From positions 1 through 31,593 of the forward strand of contig JABXKD010000042.1 in the NCBI GenBank assembly GCA_013375475.1: a DNA stretch of 31,593 nt, written 5' to 3'. Position 1 is the first letter of the stretch; each line of letters starts with the position of its first letter. Below are positions 18,356 through 27,980 of the stretch, piece after piece. The position numbers and the translations under genes were made by a program. The DNA is from Promethearchaeota archaeon (GTDB lineage Archaea; Asgardarchaeota; Lokiarchaeia; Sigyniarchaeales; SOKP01). The notes below the pieces were generated by a model, which ran no database searches, had not been told where the DNA came from, and worked only from the letters and a program-made list of their open reading frames with translations.

Positions 18356-19222
18356 ATGAGCCGAACTGAACAACATGCAGCATTTGGGTTCTTAATTTAT
18401 TATTTTATCTATATTTTATTTACCGGTTCTTTTATAATGCCAAGTTATTACATATCTTCAATAATCTTTTTTTCAATTTGCCCTGATTTTGATGCAATTG
18501 TATTTTATCTTAAGAAGAGAGGAAAATTTAAGCTCGACACGGAATTTCAACACCATTTTAGTTCTGTAGCTCATTATCCCCTTTTATATACTCCTTTTAT
18601 TATCTTGTTTATTATGAATGTTTTCAGGGGTTCAGATCCTCTAATATCTGTAGTACCTGTTATAGGTATTTATTTTGGTCACTTTCTATTTGATACTATT
18701 GCTTGTGGTGATGGAATAATGTGGGGAAAAAATCCTTTCAGCAGAAAAAAGTACGCTCGTTTCATTAATATATATTGCAATAAAACTGATGGATATCACG
18801 GAAAATATTGGGGTGCAAGATACAGAAAAACAAGAGTTAGTAAAATTGGTAATATAGCTGTACTTTTTTGTGTTATACTTTTTTTGATTTTCCAATATAG
18901 CAATATACCCATGATAAATCCCGTTTTTACATCTTATTCTCCTCGGTATTCATACCATAATTCAATAATGCTTCTTTTACTGATGCTGTTTTTGGGATTA
19001 AAATTCACATCTAAAAAATGGCTACGAGAACCTCCAGAGGGAAGATATTCTGATTACAGGATCAAAGAAAAATATATTAATGGTTTAAGTGAGAAAAATC
19101 GAAAATTACATTTAATGAAATATTCAGATTTATTAGAGGATAAAAATATTTTTCCTAATTTAATTAAACCCAAAAATAGTAACATTATAAACAAAACTCA
19201 ATATAAATTACTTAATTCTTAA
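18356..19222 (+). CDS. Membrane-bound metal-dependent hydrolase (YdjM/DUF457-like)
   Basis: N-terminal His (EQH), PDFD, HH...H, HFLFD, GIMW; ATG 18356. Confidence 0.7.
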   Translation: MSRTEQHAAFGFLIYYFIYILFTGSFIMPSYYISSIIFFSICPDFDAIVFYLKKRGKFKLDTEFQHHFSSVAHYPLLYTPFIILFIMNVFRGSDPLISVVPVIGIYFGHFLFDTIACGDGIMWGKNPFSRKKYARFINIYCNKTDGYHGKYWGARYRKTRVSKIGNIAVLFCVILFLIFQYSNIPMINPVFTSYSPRYSYHNSIMLLLLMLFLGLKFTSKKWLREPPEGRYSDYRIKEKYINGLSEKNRKLHLMKYSDLLEDKNIFPNLIKPKNSNIINKTQYKLLNS

Positions 19223-19246
19223 AAAAATATAATTAAGTTATAAATT

Positions 19247-20194
19247 ATGAAAGCTTCTACTTTTACTTTTAAAGATAAGGACGATATTGAAATATTCGTA
19301 TACAAATGGGAACCGGATATTCCCCCTAAAGCAGTTGTCCAAATCGTCCACGGTTTAGCAGAGCATGCTAAACGATACGCTCGGGTGGCTGAAGTTTTAT
19401 GCAACGATGGTTATGTGTGTTACGCTAACGACGCACGCGGTCATGGAAGGACAGCGGGTGATTTGACTGAAAAAACTTTAGCGGGGAACGCTGGAGTATT
19501 AGGTCCTAATGGATGGAGAGGAGTAGTAAACGATCTTCGCGAATTAACAAACATCATTAAGAAAGAACAGCCTGATCTACCGATCTTCTTAATAGGACAT
19601 TCTTGGGGTGCATTTTTATCACAAGATTATATTCAGGACTGGGGAAATGAACTTAAAGGTGTGATTTTAAGTGGAACAAACGGAAAAGTAAGGAACTCAG
19701 TAATCATAGCCGGTAAACTCTTACTTAAATTTGAAATTAAGAAATTAGATCCTACTGAACCAAGTCAAAAAATGTATGACATGAATTTTAAATCTAACAA
19801 CCACGATTGGGATGCTGAAGAAGGAGCAACCGGATTTGAGTGGCTTAGCAGAGATAAGGAGGAAGTTCAGAAGTATATTGACGATCCTTGGTGTGGTTTT
19901 GTGAGCCCCGCCAGTCTTTGGCTAGAGTTCCTTCACGGTTTTGAGAAAATTTATGATTCGAAACAAGAACAAAAAATTCCAAAAGAATTACCTATCCATT
20001 TCATCTCGGGTTCTTTATGTGTTATAGGTAACAAGACTAAGGGAGTTAACGCTATGATTAATAGACTTAAAAAATACGGTATTAAAGATGTGACCTACAA
20101 ATTTTACCAAGATGCTCGACACGAAATTTTTAACGAAATTAATCGAGACGAAGTGTTTAAAGATGTAATTAATTGGCTTAACTCACATCTCTAA
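19247..20194 (+). CDS. Alpha/beta hydrolase, lysophospholipase/monoacylglycerol lipase family
   Basis: VQIVHGLAEHAKRY, DARGHG, GHSWG nucleophile elbow, WLSRD, ARHEIFNE. Confidence 0.9.
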   Translation: MKASTFTFKDKDDIEIFVYKWEPDIPPKAVVQIVHGLAEHAKRYARVAEVLCNDGYVCYANDARGHGRTAGDLTEKTLAGNAGVLGPNGWRGVVNDLRELTNIIKKEQPDLPIFLIGHSWGAFLSQDYIQDWGNELKGVILSGTNGKVRNSVIIAGKLLLKFEIKKLDPTEPSQKMYDMNFKSNNHDWDAEEGATGFEWLSRDKEEVQKYIDDPWCGFVSPASLWLEFLHGFEKIYDSKQEQKIPKELPIHFISGSLCVIGNKTKGVNAMINRLKKYGIKDVTYKFYQDARHEIFNEINRDEVFKDVINWLNSHL

Positions 20195-20238
20195 GATCTA
20201 AATATATATCACTAATTTTTTTTTCTCTTTAATGAGAT

Positions 20239-20499
20239 CTAAGATATCGAAAACAAAATAATTACCACAATAATTATAAATGAAATAAACCCGATACACC
20301 ATAATCCATAAAAATATGTGTTATATTTCGCTACTTGTGCGTTTCTCTCATTACTGATTTCCTTTCCACAATTTGGACAATACGATGGAAGGTCTCCAAA
20401 CAAAAAATTAGCCTTTATAAACGGATTAACCTTAGGATAGATTTTCGCCCCACAGCTTTCACACCTAGGCCTTTTAGATGTCATCTTCTTTACACTCAT
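20239..20499 (-). CDS. Zinc-ribbon protein with C-terminal TM anchor
   Basis: CESCG...CPNCG, hydrophobic C-terminus. Confidence 0.7.
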   Translation of the reverse strand: MSVKKMTSKRPRCESCGAKIYPKVNPFIKANFLFGDLPSYCPNCGKEISNERNAQVAKYNTYFYGLWCIGFISFIIIVVIILFSIS

Positions 20500-20647
20500 A
20501 TTATTTGTAATTTAGATAATTTATAAACATTTGGACTGTTTAGTCATAATTTACATGACTTAACTGATATATAAATATTTATTGATTTTTGAGCATTATA
20601 CCATAATTATACAATAAATTTACTTACAATAACTAAGAGAATGAAAA

Positions 20648-21019
20648 ATGAGTAACAATAACAAATATTCAATTGACCTTGAGGTTAAATTTAAACCCCT
20701 GGAAATTATTGACATACCAAAATTAATAGAACAAAGCACCAAGAAATGGCAGAACTTGTCTCTTTGCACTGTGAACAATTCGGTTATTAGATTGGCAGTG
20801 ATCGAAGGGGAATTTCATTGGCATAAGCACGATAAAGAGGATGAATTCTTTTTTGTTATCGAAGGACTCCTTTTAATTGATTTGGAGGAAAAAATAATTA
20901 AATTAGAACCAAAACAAGGTTTTACCGTTCCAAAAGGAATAATGCATAAAACTAGAGCCCCTACTCGGACTTCAGTTTTAATATTAGAGGATTATACTGT
21001 AAAACCAACGGGAGACTGA
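20648..21019 (+). CDS. Cupin domain protein
   Basis: GEFHWHKHDKEDEFFFVIEG and VPKGIMH cupin motifs. Confidence 0.9.
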   Translation: MSNNNKYSIDLEVKFKPLEIIDIPKLIEQSTKKWQNLSLCTVNNSVIRLAVIEGEFHWHKHDKEDEFFFVIEGLLLIDLEEKIIKLEPKQGFTVPKGIMHKTRAPTRTSVLILEDYTVKPTGD

Positions 21020-21032
21020 ATTTCTAAAGGAA

Positions 21033-21734
21033 GTGAAGAGAATTATTTATCCCGACAAAACTAATTCGAAATTTCAAGACGAAATGAAACTAAAGTCCAA
21101 AGGACGCCTCTATATGAGCTATCAAAGTAAAATTATTGTTGGGATATACTCCTATTTACAGGATCATAACGATAAAGAAATTGAGGCTTTGTTTGAAGAC
21201 GCAATAAATGTTTTTAATGCTTTAGGGTCTTGGGTATATGGTGGAACTTCTCCTAAAATTGTCTATCCGGAACTTCAATTGTTTGTTAAAAAAGCAAACA
21301 ACAGTAATACTGAAAGCTTCCTACATCTTTTAGATTACATCAATTGGGTTGGCAACACTATTTATAAAAAATTGGAGGATAATCAATGGATAGAAGATCA
21401 TTATTATGAAAGTTTTACTTTAGAGCAAAGTAACGATGTAACAACAGGACTTTTGTTTATGTGGCGTCTTGGGTGGTTGATAGTAAGTATAAAAGACACT
21501 TCTAAAGAAAATGAAGAGCCAATGTTACTACAAACCCTTAAGACTTTTGACAACTTGTTTGATGCGTTTGGGGGATGGGTTTATAATCGAGAGGAATTAA
21601 TTAATGTTACTCAGAGTTTACTGGAGTTCGAGTCAATTTTTGAAGAGAAATTCAGCCCCATCTATGACGAAATATTGGAAGAAGCTAGAAATATGATGGA
21701 AAATATTGCTAAGTTCCTCCATAAATTCAAATAA
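21033..21734 (+). CDS. Hypothetical helical protein with two-fold internal repeat
   Basis: 233-aa ORF (start uncertain); FNALGSWVY and FDAFGGWVY repeats. Confidence 0.7.
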   Translation: MKRIIYPDKTNSKFQDEMKLKSKGRLYMSYQSKIIVGIYSYLQDHNDKEIEALFEDAINVFNALGSWVYGGTSPKIVYPELQLFVKKANNSNTESFLHLLDYINWVGNTIYKKLEDNQWIEDHYYESFTLEQSNDVTTGLLFMWRLGWLIVSIKDTSKENEEPMLLQTLKTFDNLFDAFGGWVYNREELINVTQSLLEFESIFEEKFSPIYDEILEEARNMMENIAKFLHKFK

Positions 21735-21926
21735 TAATAATTTAGAAATCATAATTTCTTTATCGTATTAGCTCAAAGCCTTGTCTTTCTTGATATAATA
21801 GTAAGGATTATAATATGTTAATCTAGGATAGGTTTCCTAGTTATGGATTATGAGAGTAATGTTTAAATCCTAAATAATAGGTTTTGTATAATGTAATTTA
21901 TTTTAATATCTTTAAAAAAGAGGTAA

Positions 21927-22556
21927 ATGAAAATGAATGAAATTTCTGAAGCAATTACAGAATTAGAAGAAGAAAAAGTTCTAAAATTGGTAAAAGAAAA
22001 ACTTGATGCTGGTGAGGATCCTATAAGTATTTTGGAGGCATGCAGACTGGGGATGGCTGAAATTGGAAAAGGTTCCGGTGATACTATTTTTTTAACGGAT
22101 CTTATCATGGCAGGAGAGATTTTCAATGAAGCGATGGAGATTCTAATGCCTAAATTAGCCGGTTCTGCCACAAAAAGTTTAGGGAAAGTTGTAATCGGAA
22201 CTGTAGAGGGGGATATTCACAATATAGGAAAGGATATAGCTATAAATTTTCTAAAAGCTGAAGGTTTTGAAGTTATTGATTTAGGTGTAGACGTACCAGC
22301 TCAAAAATTTGTTGATGCGATTAAGGAACATAACCCACCAGTTGTTGGAATGAGTGGATTGCTAACATTATCAATAGAACCTATGAAAAGGAGTGTAGAA
22401 GCTATCGTTGCTGCTAATCTGAGAGATAAGGTAAAAGTAATCCTTGGAGGAGAAAGAACTGATGACGAAGTTTGCAAGCATGTAGGAGCAGATGCTTGGG
22501 TCAATGATGCGATTGATGGCGTGAAAATTATTAAAAATTGGGTAGGAGGTGCATAG
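21927..22556 (+). CDS. Methyltransferase cognate corrinoid (B12-binding) protein, MtaC/MtbC-like
   Basis: Helical cap domain plus GTVEGDIHNIGK (DxHxxG), DLGVDVP, VGMSGLLT, KVILGG; GAGGT SD. Confidence 0.93.
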   Translation: MKMNEISEAITELEEEKVLKLVKEKLDAGEDPISILEACRLGMAEIGKGSGDTIFLTDLIMAGEIFNEAMEILMPKLAGSATKSLGKVVIGTVEGDIHNIGKDIAINFLKAEGFEVIDLGVDVPAQKFVDAIKEHNPPVVGMSGLLTLSIEPMKRSVEAIVAANLRDKVKVILGGERTDDEVCKHVGADAWVNDAIDGVKIIKNWVGGA

Positions 22557-22560
22557 AAGA

Positions 22561-23817
22561 ATGGAAAATGCAGATGAAATTCGAAAAGCTAAGATTCAAA
22601 GAATGGAGGATGCTGCTGCTGTTAAAACACCTGATCGAATACCAATTGGTATAGCGACTACTTTCTTCCCAGCAAAATATGCTGGCTTCAGCTATGAAGA
22701 TGTATGGTACGACAATAATAAATATATTGAAATGGGAGTGAAGTTTGCAAAAGATTTTAACTGGGATGCAGTTAGTCACCATCGTTCATTTGAGAGTGTC
22801 CCTCTTGGATTGGCCTTAGCGGCTTTTGATGCCGATTTGGCAATTTTAGTTGCAGTCAATTCGGTATTAGGTGGTGGGGCATCACATGACATCCTAGCTG
22901 ATGTGTACTCTTCAAATCCAGGTAGGGAAGTGGGTGCGAATGTTGAATCGCAATTCGTAATAGAAAAGCCAGTTATGAACGAGGATGAATGGGACTTCTT
23001 AATAGAGAAACCCTTTGATTTTATGATGGAGACCATAATACCAAGAGCTTATAAGAACCTTGCAGACAAAAGTTCACCGACAGCCATAGGATCACTTATA
23101 AAATTTGGAATGGAAGTTGGTAAGTTTCCAGGATTTTTAATGGAAATGGCGGGAAAATTGAAAGCTGAGGCATGGCTCCCGTATTATTACGCCCTAGCCC
23201 CAAATCCTTTAGATTTTATAGGTGCATTCTATCGAGATTTTGATGTTTTATCATTAGATTTATATAGACATCCAGAGAAAGTCAAAAAAGCTTGTGAAGG
23301 TTTGGCTCCGGTATTAGCAGCAGTAGGGAAAATGACTGGAAAAATTTCATTAGACGTAACAGGATCTCGCAGAGTTTTCTGTCCAATATGGTATAACACC
23401 TACTTGTCGCCTGAAAAGTTTAAAGAATTCCATTTTCCATATATAAAACAGATTGTCAACGAATTGGTTGAAGCCGACTTTACTCCCCTCATGAGCTTCC
23501 AAGGTCGAAGCGATCACCTGCTTGAAATTTTAAAGGAACTCCCAGCAGGAAAAGTTATTATGTGGTTTGATAAAACAGACGTCGTTAAAGCCAGGGAAGT
23601 GCTAGGAGATAAATATTGTCTTGCAGGAGGTATACCATCTAGCCTTCTAATTAGCGGAACGCCTGAAAAAGTGAAACAACACACAGAACATCTTATCGAC
23701 AATATGAAAACAGGAGGAACTTTTATTGTTTCCTCTGAGTTCAATGGTATGGGAGATGCGAAAGTAGAAAATGTAAAAGCGATGACTGAAACAGTAATGA
23801 AGTATGGAAAATATTAA
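22561..23817 (+). CDS. UroD/MtaA-fold methyltransferase, probable substrate:corrinoid methyltransferase
   Basis: PDRIPI, DLYRHPEKVKKA, LSPEKFKEFHFPY, CLAGGIP..LL..GTPEKV, ENVKAM; starts 4 nt after the corrinoid gene stop, with GGAGGTG SD. Confidence 0.85.
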   Translation: MENADEIRKAKIQRMEDAAAVKTPDRIPIGIATTFFPAKYAGFSYEDVWYDNNKYIEMGVKFAKDFNWDAVSHHRSFESVPLGLALAAFDADLAILVAVNSVLGGGASHDILADVYSSNPGREVGANVESQFVIEKPVMNEDEWDFLIEKPFDFMMETIIPRAYKNLADKSSPTAIGSLIKFGMEVGKFPGFLMEMAGKLKAEAWLPYYYALAPNPLDFIGAFYRDFDVLSLDLYRHPEKVKKACEGLAPVLAAVGKMTGKISLDVTGSRRVFCPIWYNTYLSPEKFKEFHFPYIKQIVNELVEADFTPLMSFQGRSDHLLEILKELPAGKVIMWFDKTDVVKAREVLGDKYCLAGGIPSSLLISGTPEKVKQHTEHLIDNMKTGGTFIVSSEFNGMGDAKVENVKAMTETVMKYGKY

Positions 23818-23837
23818 TTAACCAAAATTCTTTTTTT

Positions 23838-24404
23838 TTATTTAAAACACGCTAAACCGAATCTATAAGAATACTTATTTGAGGGATATTCAATTTTTAG
23901 CTTATCTTTAAGATCCCGAACCGTTTGTATTACTTCAATTCCGATGGCTTCCATGGAATATCTCATTTCGTGTGGAAAGCGGCAGGGTTCTCCAGAATCA
24001 AAAGTACAAGCCCCTGCCTTTTGAATTTTACAGTACCTGCACGTCCCATCATACAATAGAAGTTTTTTCTTATAATCCTTATTATATTGTGCCAAAAATT
24101 TTATAAATTCATTTTCCAAGTCATCTGATTCAAAACTTTTTGTTAGTAGGAAAGTGTTTTTAATAAAAAATTCTGACCTATTTGTTCGTTCCTTTTCTTT
24201 TTTAATATAGGATTCTAGATCAAACATTGAATAAATTAAATAAAATTCTGTATATGTTGATAAGGCTTTTTCGAGATATGGTGAATTAGGAGGGCAACTC
24301 CATGAATGCCCATAAAAAGGGCATTTAAAACCAGGTGAAACACACATCTCTTGTACTTTACGATCAAAATAAATATCATCGTATTGAATTTGGGCAAACG
24401 GCAT
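23838..24404 (-). CDS. DUF2284-family Cys-rich metal-binding protein
   Basis: C....C..YG.SWSCPP, G.CRYC....C......CRFP..MRYSMEAIGIEV..TV. Confidence 0.85.
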   Translation of the reverse strand: MPFAQIQYDDIYFDRKVQEMCVSPGFKCPFYGHSWSCPPNSPYLEKALSTYTEFYLIYSMFDLESYIKKEKERTNRSEFFIKNTFLLTKSFESDDLENEFIKFLAQYNKDYKKKLLLYDGTCRYCKIQKAGACTFDSGEPCRFPHEMRYSMEAIGIEVIQTVRDLKDKLKIEYPSNKYSYRFGLACFK

Positions 24405-24502
24405 CTTCAGATTGAAAAGGCTTGAAATAGTATTAAATTTATTTATTACATTATATTAGACTGAGTATTATTAAATTATAATTAAAATATTCAAACTACC
24501 TA

Positions 24503-25510
24503 ATGGATTCATTTGATCGTATTTATGCGTCATTGAGAGGTCGATCCGTCGATAGACCTCCCGTATTTCCTCAAATTGGTGATCACGCAGGCATTATAAA
24601 TAAATTAACTTACAATGTGATGTATCAAAATGCTGAGAAAGCAGCAGATGCTCATTTGAAGGCTTTGAAATTATATAGATATGATATAACATCAATACAA
24701 GTAGAACCAAGCTGGCCAATTGCTGAGGCTTGTGGAGCAACGGTATCATATCCATCCGATAAAAATCCTTGGATTACTAAACACCCTATTAAGTCAGAAA
24801 ACGATTTAGAAAAATTGGAAGTACCAGACTTTATGGAAACCGAAAGCTCAAGAGTTATGATCGACGGAACAAATATACTCGCAAAGGAAGCTGATGTTCC
24901 AATAGCCGCTTTCATGACGGGACCGATAACTTTTAGCTTTCAATTAATGCCTTATGAACTCTTAATAAAAAAAATGATGAAAAATCAAGAGTTTACTCGT
25001 AAACTAGTTGAATACAGTGTTATGGTTATAAAAGAGTACATAAAAGAGCTAAAAGGAGCTGGTGCAACGATTTTTGTTGCCTGCGAACATGATTTCCAAA
25101 TGTTAAAATCGGAATACATTAAGGAATATAGCTTAGATTACTTACCAGATCTTTTTGATATATTCGACTATAATGTTCTTCACATGTGCGGAAAAATGAC
25201 TATGCGTTTAAATGAAATCGCTCAGGACTTAATACAGATTCAAAATCTAAACACCATAAATATCGGACCATATGTAGACATATCAAAAACCCAAAACCTC
25301 TTAGATAATAAAATTGGTGTAGCAGGTAATATTGATCATGTTAGATTACTTCCATTTGGAAATCCTAGTGAAATTGAAGATGCCGTGGAAAAGGCGATAA
25401 AAGCTAGTAGCGGAAATCCTCGTTACATGGTAGCACCAGGATGTGAAATTACCACTGATACTCCAATTGATAATGTAAAAGCTTTAGTAAATGCAACTAA
25501 AACCTTTTAA
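24503..25510 (+). CDS. MtaA/CmuA family (UroD-fold) Zn-dependent methyltransferase
   Basis: DRPPVFP, AEACGA, GPIT, LHMCG (HxC) and APGCE Zn ligands, GNID..LL.FG, TPIDNVKA. Confidence 0.88.
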   Translation: MDSFDRIYASLRGRSVDRPPVFPQIGDHAGIINKLTYNVMYQNAEKAADAHLKALKLYRYDITSIQVEPSWPIAEACGATVSYPSDKNPWITKHPIKSENDLEKLEVPDFMETESSRVMIDGTNILAKEADVPIAAFMTGPITFSFQLMPYELLIKKMMKNQEFTRKLVEYSVMVIKEYIKELKGAGATIFVACEHDFQMLKSEYIKEYSLDYLPDLFDIFDYNVLHMCGKMTMRLNEIAQDLIQIQNLNTINIGPYVDISKTQNLLDNKIGVAGNIDHVRLLPFGNPSEIEDAVEKAIKASSGNPRYMVAPGCEITTDTPIDNVKALVNATKTF

Positions 25511-25614
25511 TAATAAATTAGGAAAAAAAATAATTTTCATAATTTAGATCCTATTTAGTTTTTTTTATAGATTATGTGATAAAAATTTTAATTTAACTCG
25601 CAATATCTATTTTT

Positions 25615-26679
25615 ATGGAAAACGAAAATAAAGATTTTTCTATAGTGAAAACACCCGCTTTCAAAATCTGGTTAGCACTACTAATTTTCGCGGTAGTAGA
25701 AGTAATTCTAATATTTCTGCTTGAACCATTATTACGTGTTAATTTCCCACCATTGAATCCCGATACAGGCCCCGAAGACTATTATTGGAAACTAAATGTC
25801 CGAAGCGCTTTAACAATGATAATCACCTGGACTTTTTATGGAGCACACCAACTTTCAGTTTGGCTTGTAATTATTTGGGCACATAAGAATTACCACGGTA
25901 AAAAGCTCGATAGTAAGAAATTGCTTACATACACATGGGTAATGGCATTTATATTGGTTGGATTTACATTGCTCCACTTACTCCAAACGCATTTATGGTA
26001 CGATGGACTTGCTCAAGATGTTCCCATCTTTACGAGCCAGGGAAGTGTAATTGTAATGCTTTCGATCCTCTTAGTAATGCAGAATCCAAAGCGCGGAATA
26101 TTTTTTGGCATAAAGGGAGGCAAATTAATGCGACCTGAAGTTGCTAATACGTTTATGAAGAGCCATCAGCTTATCTTTAGTTGGGCGTTAGTATATACAT
26201 TTTGGTTCCATCCAATGGATTCTTCTCCAGCGCTGCTCAGTGGATTCTTCTTCATGGCACTTTTATTTATACAGATGGTCCTTGCTTACACTCGCTTACA
26301 CTTGAATAAGTGGTGGGTATTAATAGTAGAAACTTACGTTTCTGTACACGCAACTATTGTAGCAGTTGCTCAGTGGATCGATTTTGGTTCAAACCCTATG
26401 TGGGCCATGTTTTTGCTTGGATTTCTTGCAATGCTCATTTTTACGTACATCCACGGATTGGGATTGCCAAATTGGTTACGATGGTCAATTGTAATAGCTT
26501 ATTTCGTATTTATGATTTTCATATATGTTCCATTACCGTTTGGTTTTGGCCGAGATATAGCTAATTTATTAAGATTAGAATTTCTTTGGATACCGATAAT
26601 TTTGTTCCTCATCGCGTTCATTGCCGCTGCTATTGCTCACATATATGTATTTTTTCGAAATAGACGATCTTCTAAATAA
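25615..26679 (+). CDS. His-rich multi-pass membrane protein of unknown function
   Basis: About 10 TM; YGAHQ, HLLQTHLWYDGLAQDV, NPKRGIFFG, TFWFHPM motifs. Confidence 0.8.
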   Translation: MENENKDFSIVKTPAFKIWLALLIFAVVEVILIFLLEPLLRVNFPPLNPDTGPEDYYWKLNVRSALTMIITWTFYGAHQLSVWLVIIWAHKNYHGKKLDSKKLLTYTWVMAFILVGFTLLHLLQTHLWYDGLAQDVPIFTSQGSVIVMLSILLVMQNPKRGIFFGIKGGKLMRPEVANTFMKSHQLIFSWALVYTFWFHPMDSSPALLSGFFFMALLFIQMVLAYTRLHLNKWWVLIVETYVSVHATIVAVAQWIDFGSNPMWAMFLLGFLAMLIFTYIHGLGLPNWLRWSIVIAYFVFMIFIYVPLPFGFGRDIANLLRLEFLWIPIILFLIAFIAAAIAHIYVFFRNRRSSK

Positions 26680-26826
26680 ATATTCTTCAATTTTTTTTAT
26701 ATTTTTTAACATTTTTAAATTACATTTCAAAAATGAAAGTAGGGACTCTTCTTTTTATAAAGAACTTGGTAATGAATTATTAAATGTAGAAACTTAAATT
26801 TGCTTAAATTTTAATTATTGATAAAT

Positions 26827-27813
26827 ATGATCAGGAATCAATGGTACGCTGTGTTAGAATCTAAAGAAGTTCCAAAAAGTAAATTAATTGGAGTAACTAG
26901 ACTTGGAGAAAAATTGGTATTTTGGCGGGACAAAAATGGAGAAATAGTATGTTTGAGAGACAAATGTGCTCATCGAGGTGCAGCGCTTAGTATCGGTAAA
27001 TTATGTGATAATCGGGATAAAATAGAATGCCCATTTCATGGTTTAAGATACGATAGCTTAGGGCAGTGCACTTTAATACCTGCAAATGGTAAAAATACTC
27101 CAGTACCAGAACAGTTTAAAGTTATATCTTACCCTACTACAGAAAAGCACGATTTCGTTTGGTTATGGTGGGGAGAAATTCAAGCGGAATATCCCCCAGT
27201 ACCGTTTTTTCAAGATATTGATAAAAAATTTTCTTATAAAACGCATACAGAACTATGGCCAGTTCATTATTCACGAGCGATAGAAAATCAACTTGACGTT
27301 GTTCATTTACCCTTTGTTCATCATAATACAATTGGTCGAGGAAATCAAACTCTTGTTCACGGACCTTTGGTTGAGCCCTCAAAAGATGGAAATGAATTTA
27401 AATTCTGGGTATACAACCAAAAAGATGACGGAAATACCAGAAACCTAAAACCTGAAGAATTTACTGATGATATGAAAGTATTTCACTTGCACTTCAAATT
27501 TCCACATATCTGGCAGAATTATCTTGGTGATAAAGTTCGAATATTTATAGCTTTTGTTCCAATCGACCAAAATCATACGAAATTTTATATGAGATTTTAC
27601 CAGAAGTTCCTAAGAATCCCAATCCTCAAATCTTTTATTAATTGGCTGGCTAATAAATTTAATATCATTATTCTTCATCAAGATAGAAATGTTGTCTTAA
27701 CGCAACAACCAACTAAAACTCAATTAAAAATGGGAGAAAAACTTTTTCAAGGTGATAACCCCATTTTATATTACCGTCGTAGAAGAGAAGAATTATTGCC
27801 AAATAACAATTAA
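26827..27813 (+). CDS. Rieske non-heme iron oxygenase (VanA/PaO/KshA-like alpha subunit)
   Basis: Rieske CAHRG...CPFHG; mononuclear Fe ENQLDVVHLPFVH...QD; MIRNQWY start. Confidence 0.92.
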   Translation: MIRNQWYAVLESKEVPKSKLIGVTRLGEKLVFWRDKNGEIVCLRDKCAHRGAALSIGKLCDNRDKIECPFHGLRYDSLGQCTLIPANGKNTPVPEQFKVISYPTTEKHDFVWLWWGEIQAEYPPVPFFQDIDKKFSYKTHTELWPVHYSRAIENQLDVVHLPFVHHNTIGRGNQTLVHGPLVEPSKDGNEFKFWVYNQKDDGNTRNLKPEEFTDDMKVFHLHFKFPHIWQNYLGDKVRIFIAFVPIDQNHTKFYMRFYQKFLRIPILKSFINWLANKFNIIILHQDRNVVLTQQPTKTQLKMGEKLFQGDNPILYYRRRREELLPNNN

Positions 27814-27980
27814 TTTTTAGGTTAAAAATTTAATATTTTATTATTTTATTCTACCATCCTTACAATATTTTATAATAACCTAAATTCTTCAGTATTTAAT
27901 TTATAAACATAAGTAAAATATACTCAAAATACTTTAATTTTAATAAGTAAATCCTAATTATGAAGAAATAAAAATTTTTG

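Noticed and set aside
22554-22560. TAG at the end of the corrinoid gene as pyrrolysine read-through
   Set aside because: The domain is complete, the downstream gene is in a different frame with its own SD, and there are no MttB/MtmB or pyl genes
22561-25510. hemE (uroporphyrinogen decarboxylase) calls
   Set aside because: No RQAGR motif; the corrinoid-protein context and HxC/C ligands favour methyltransferases
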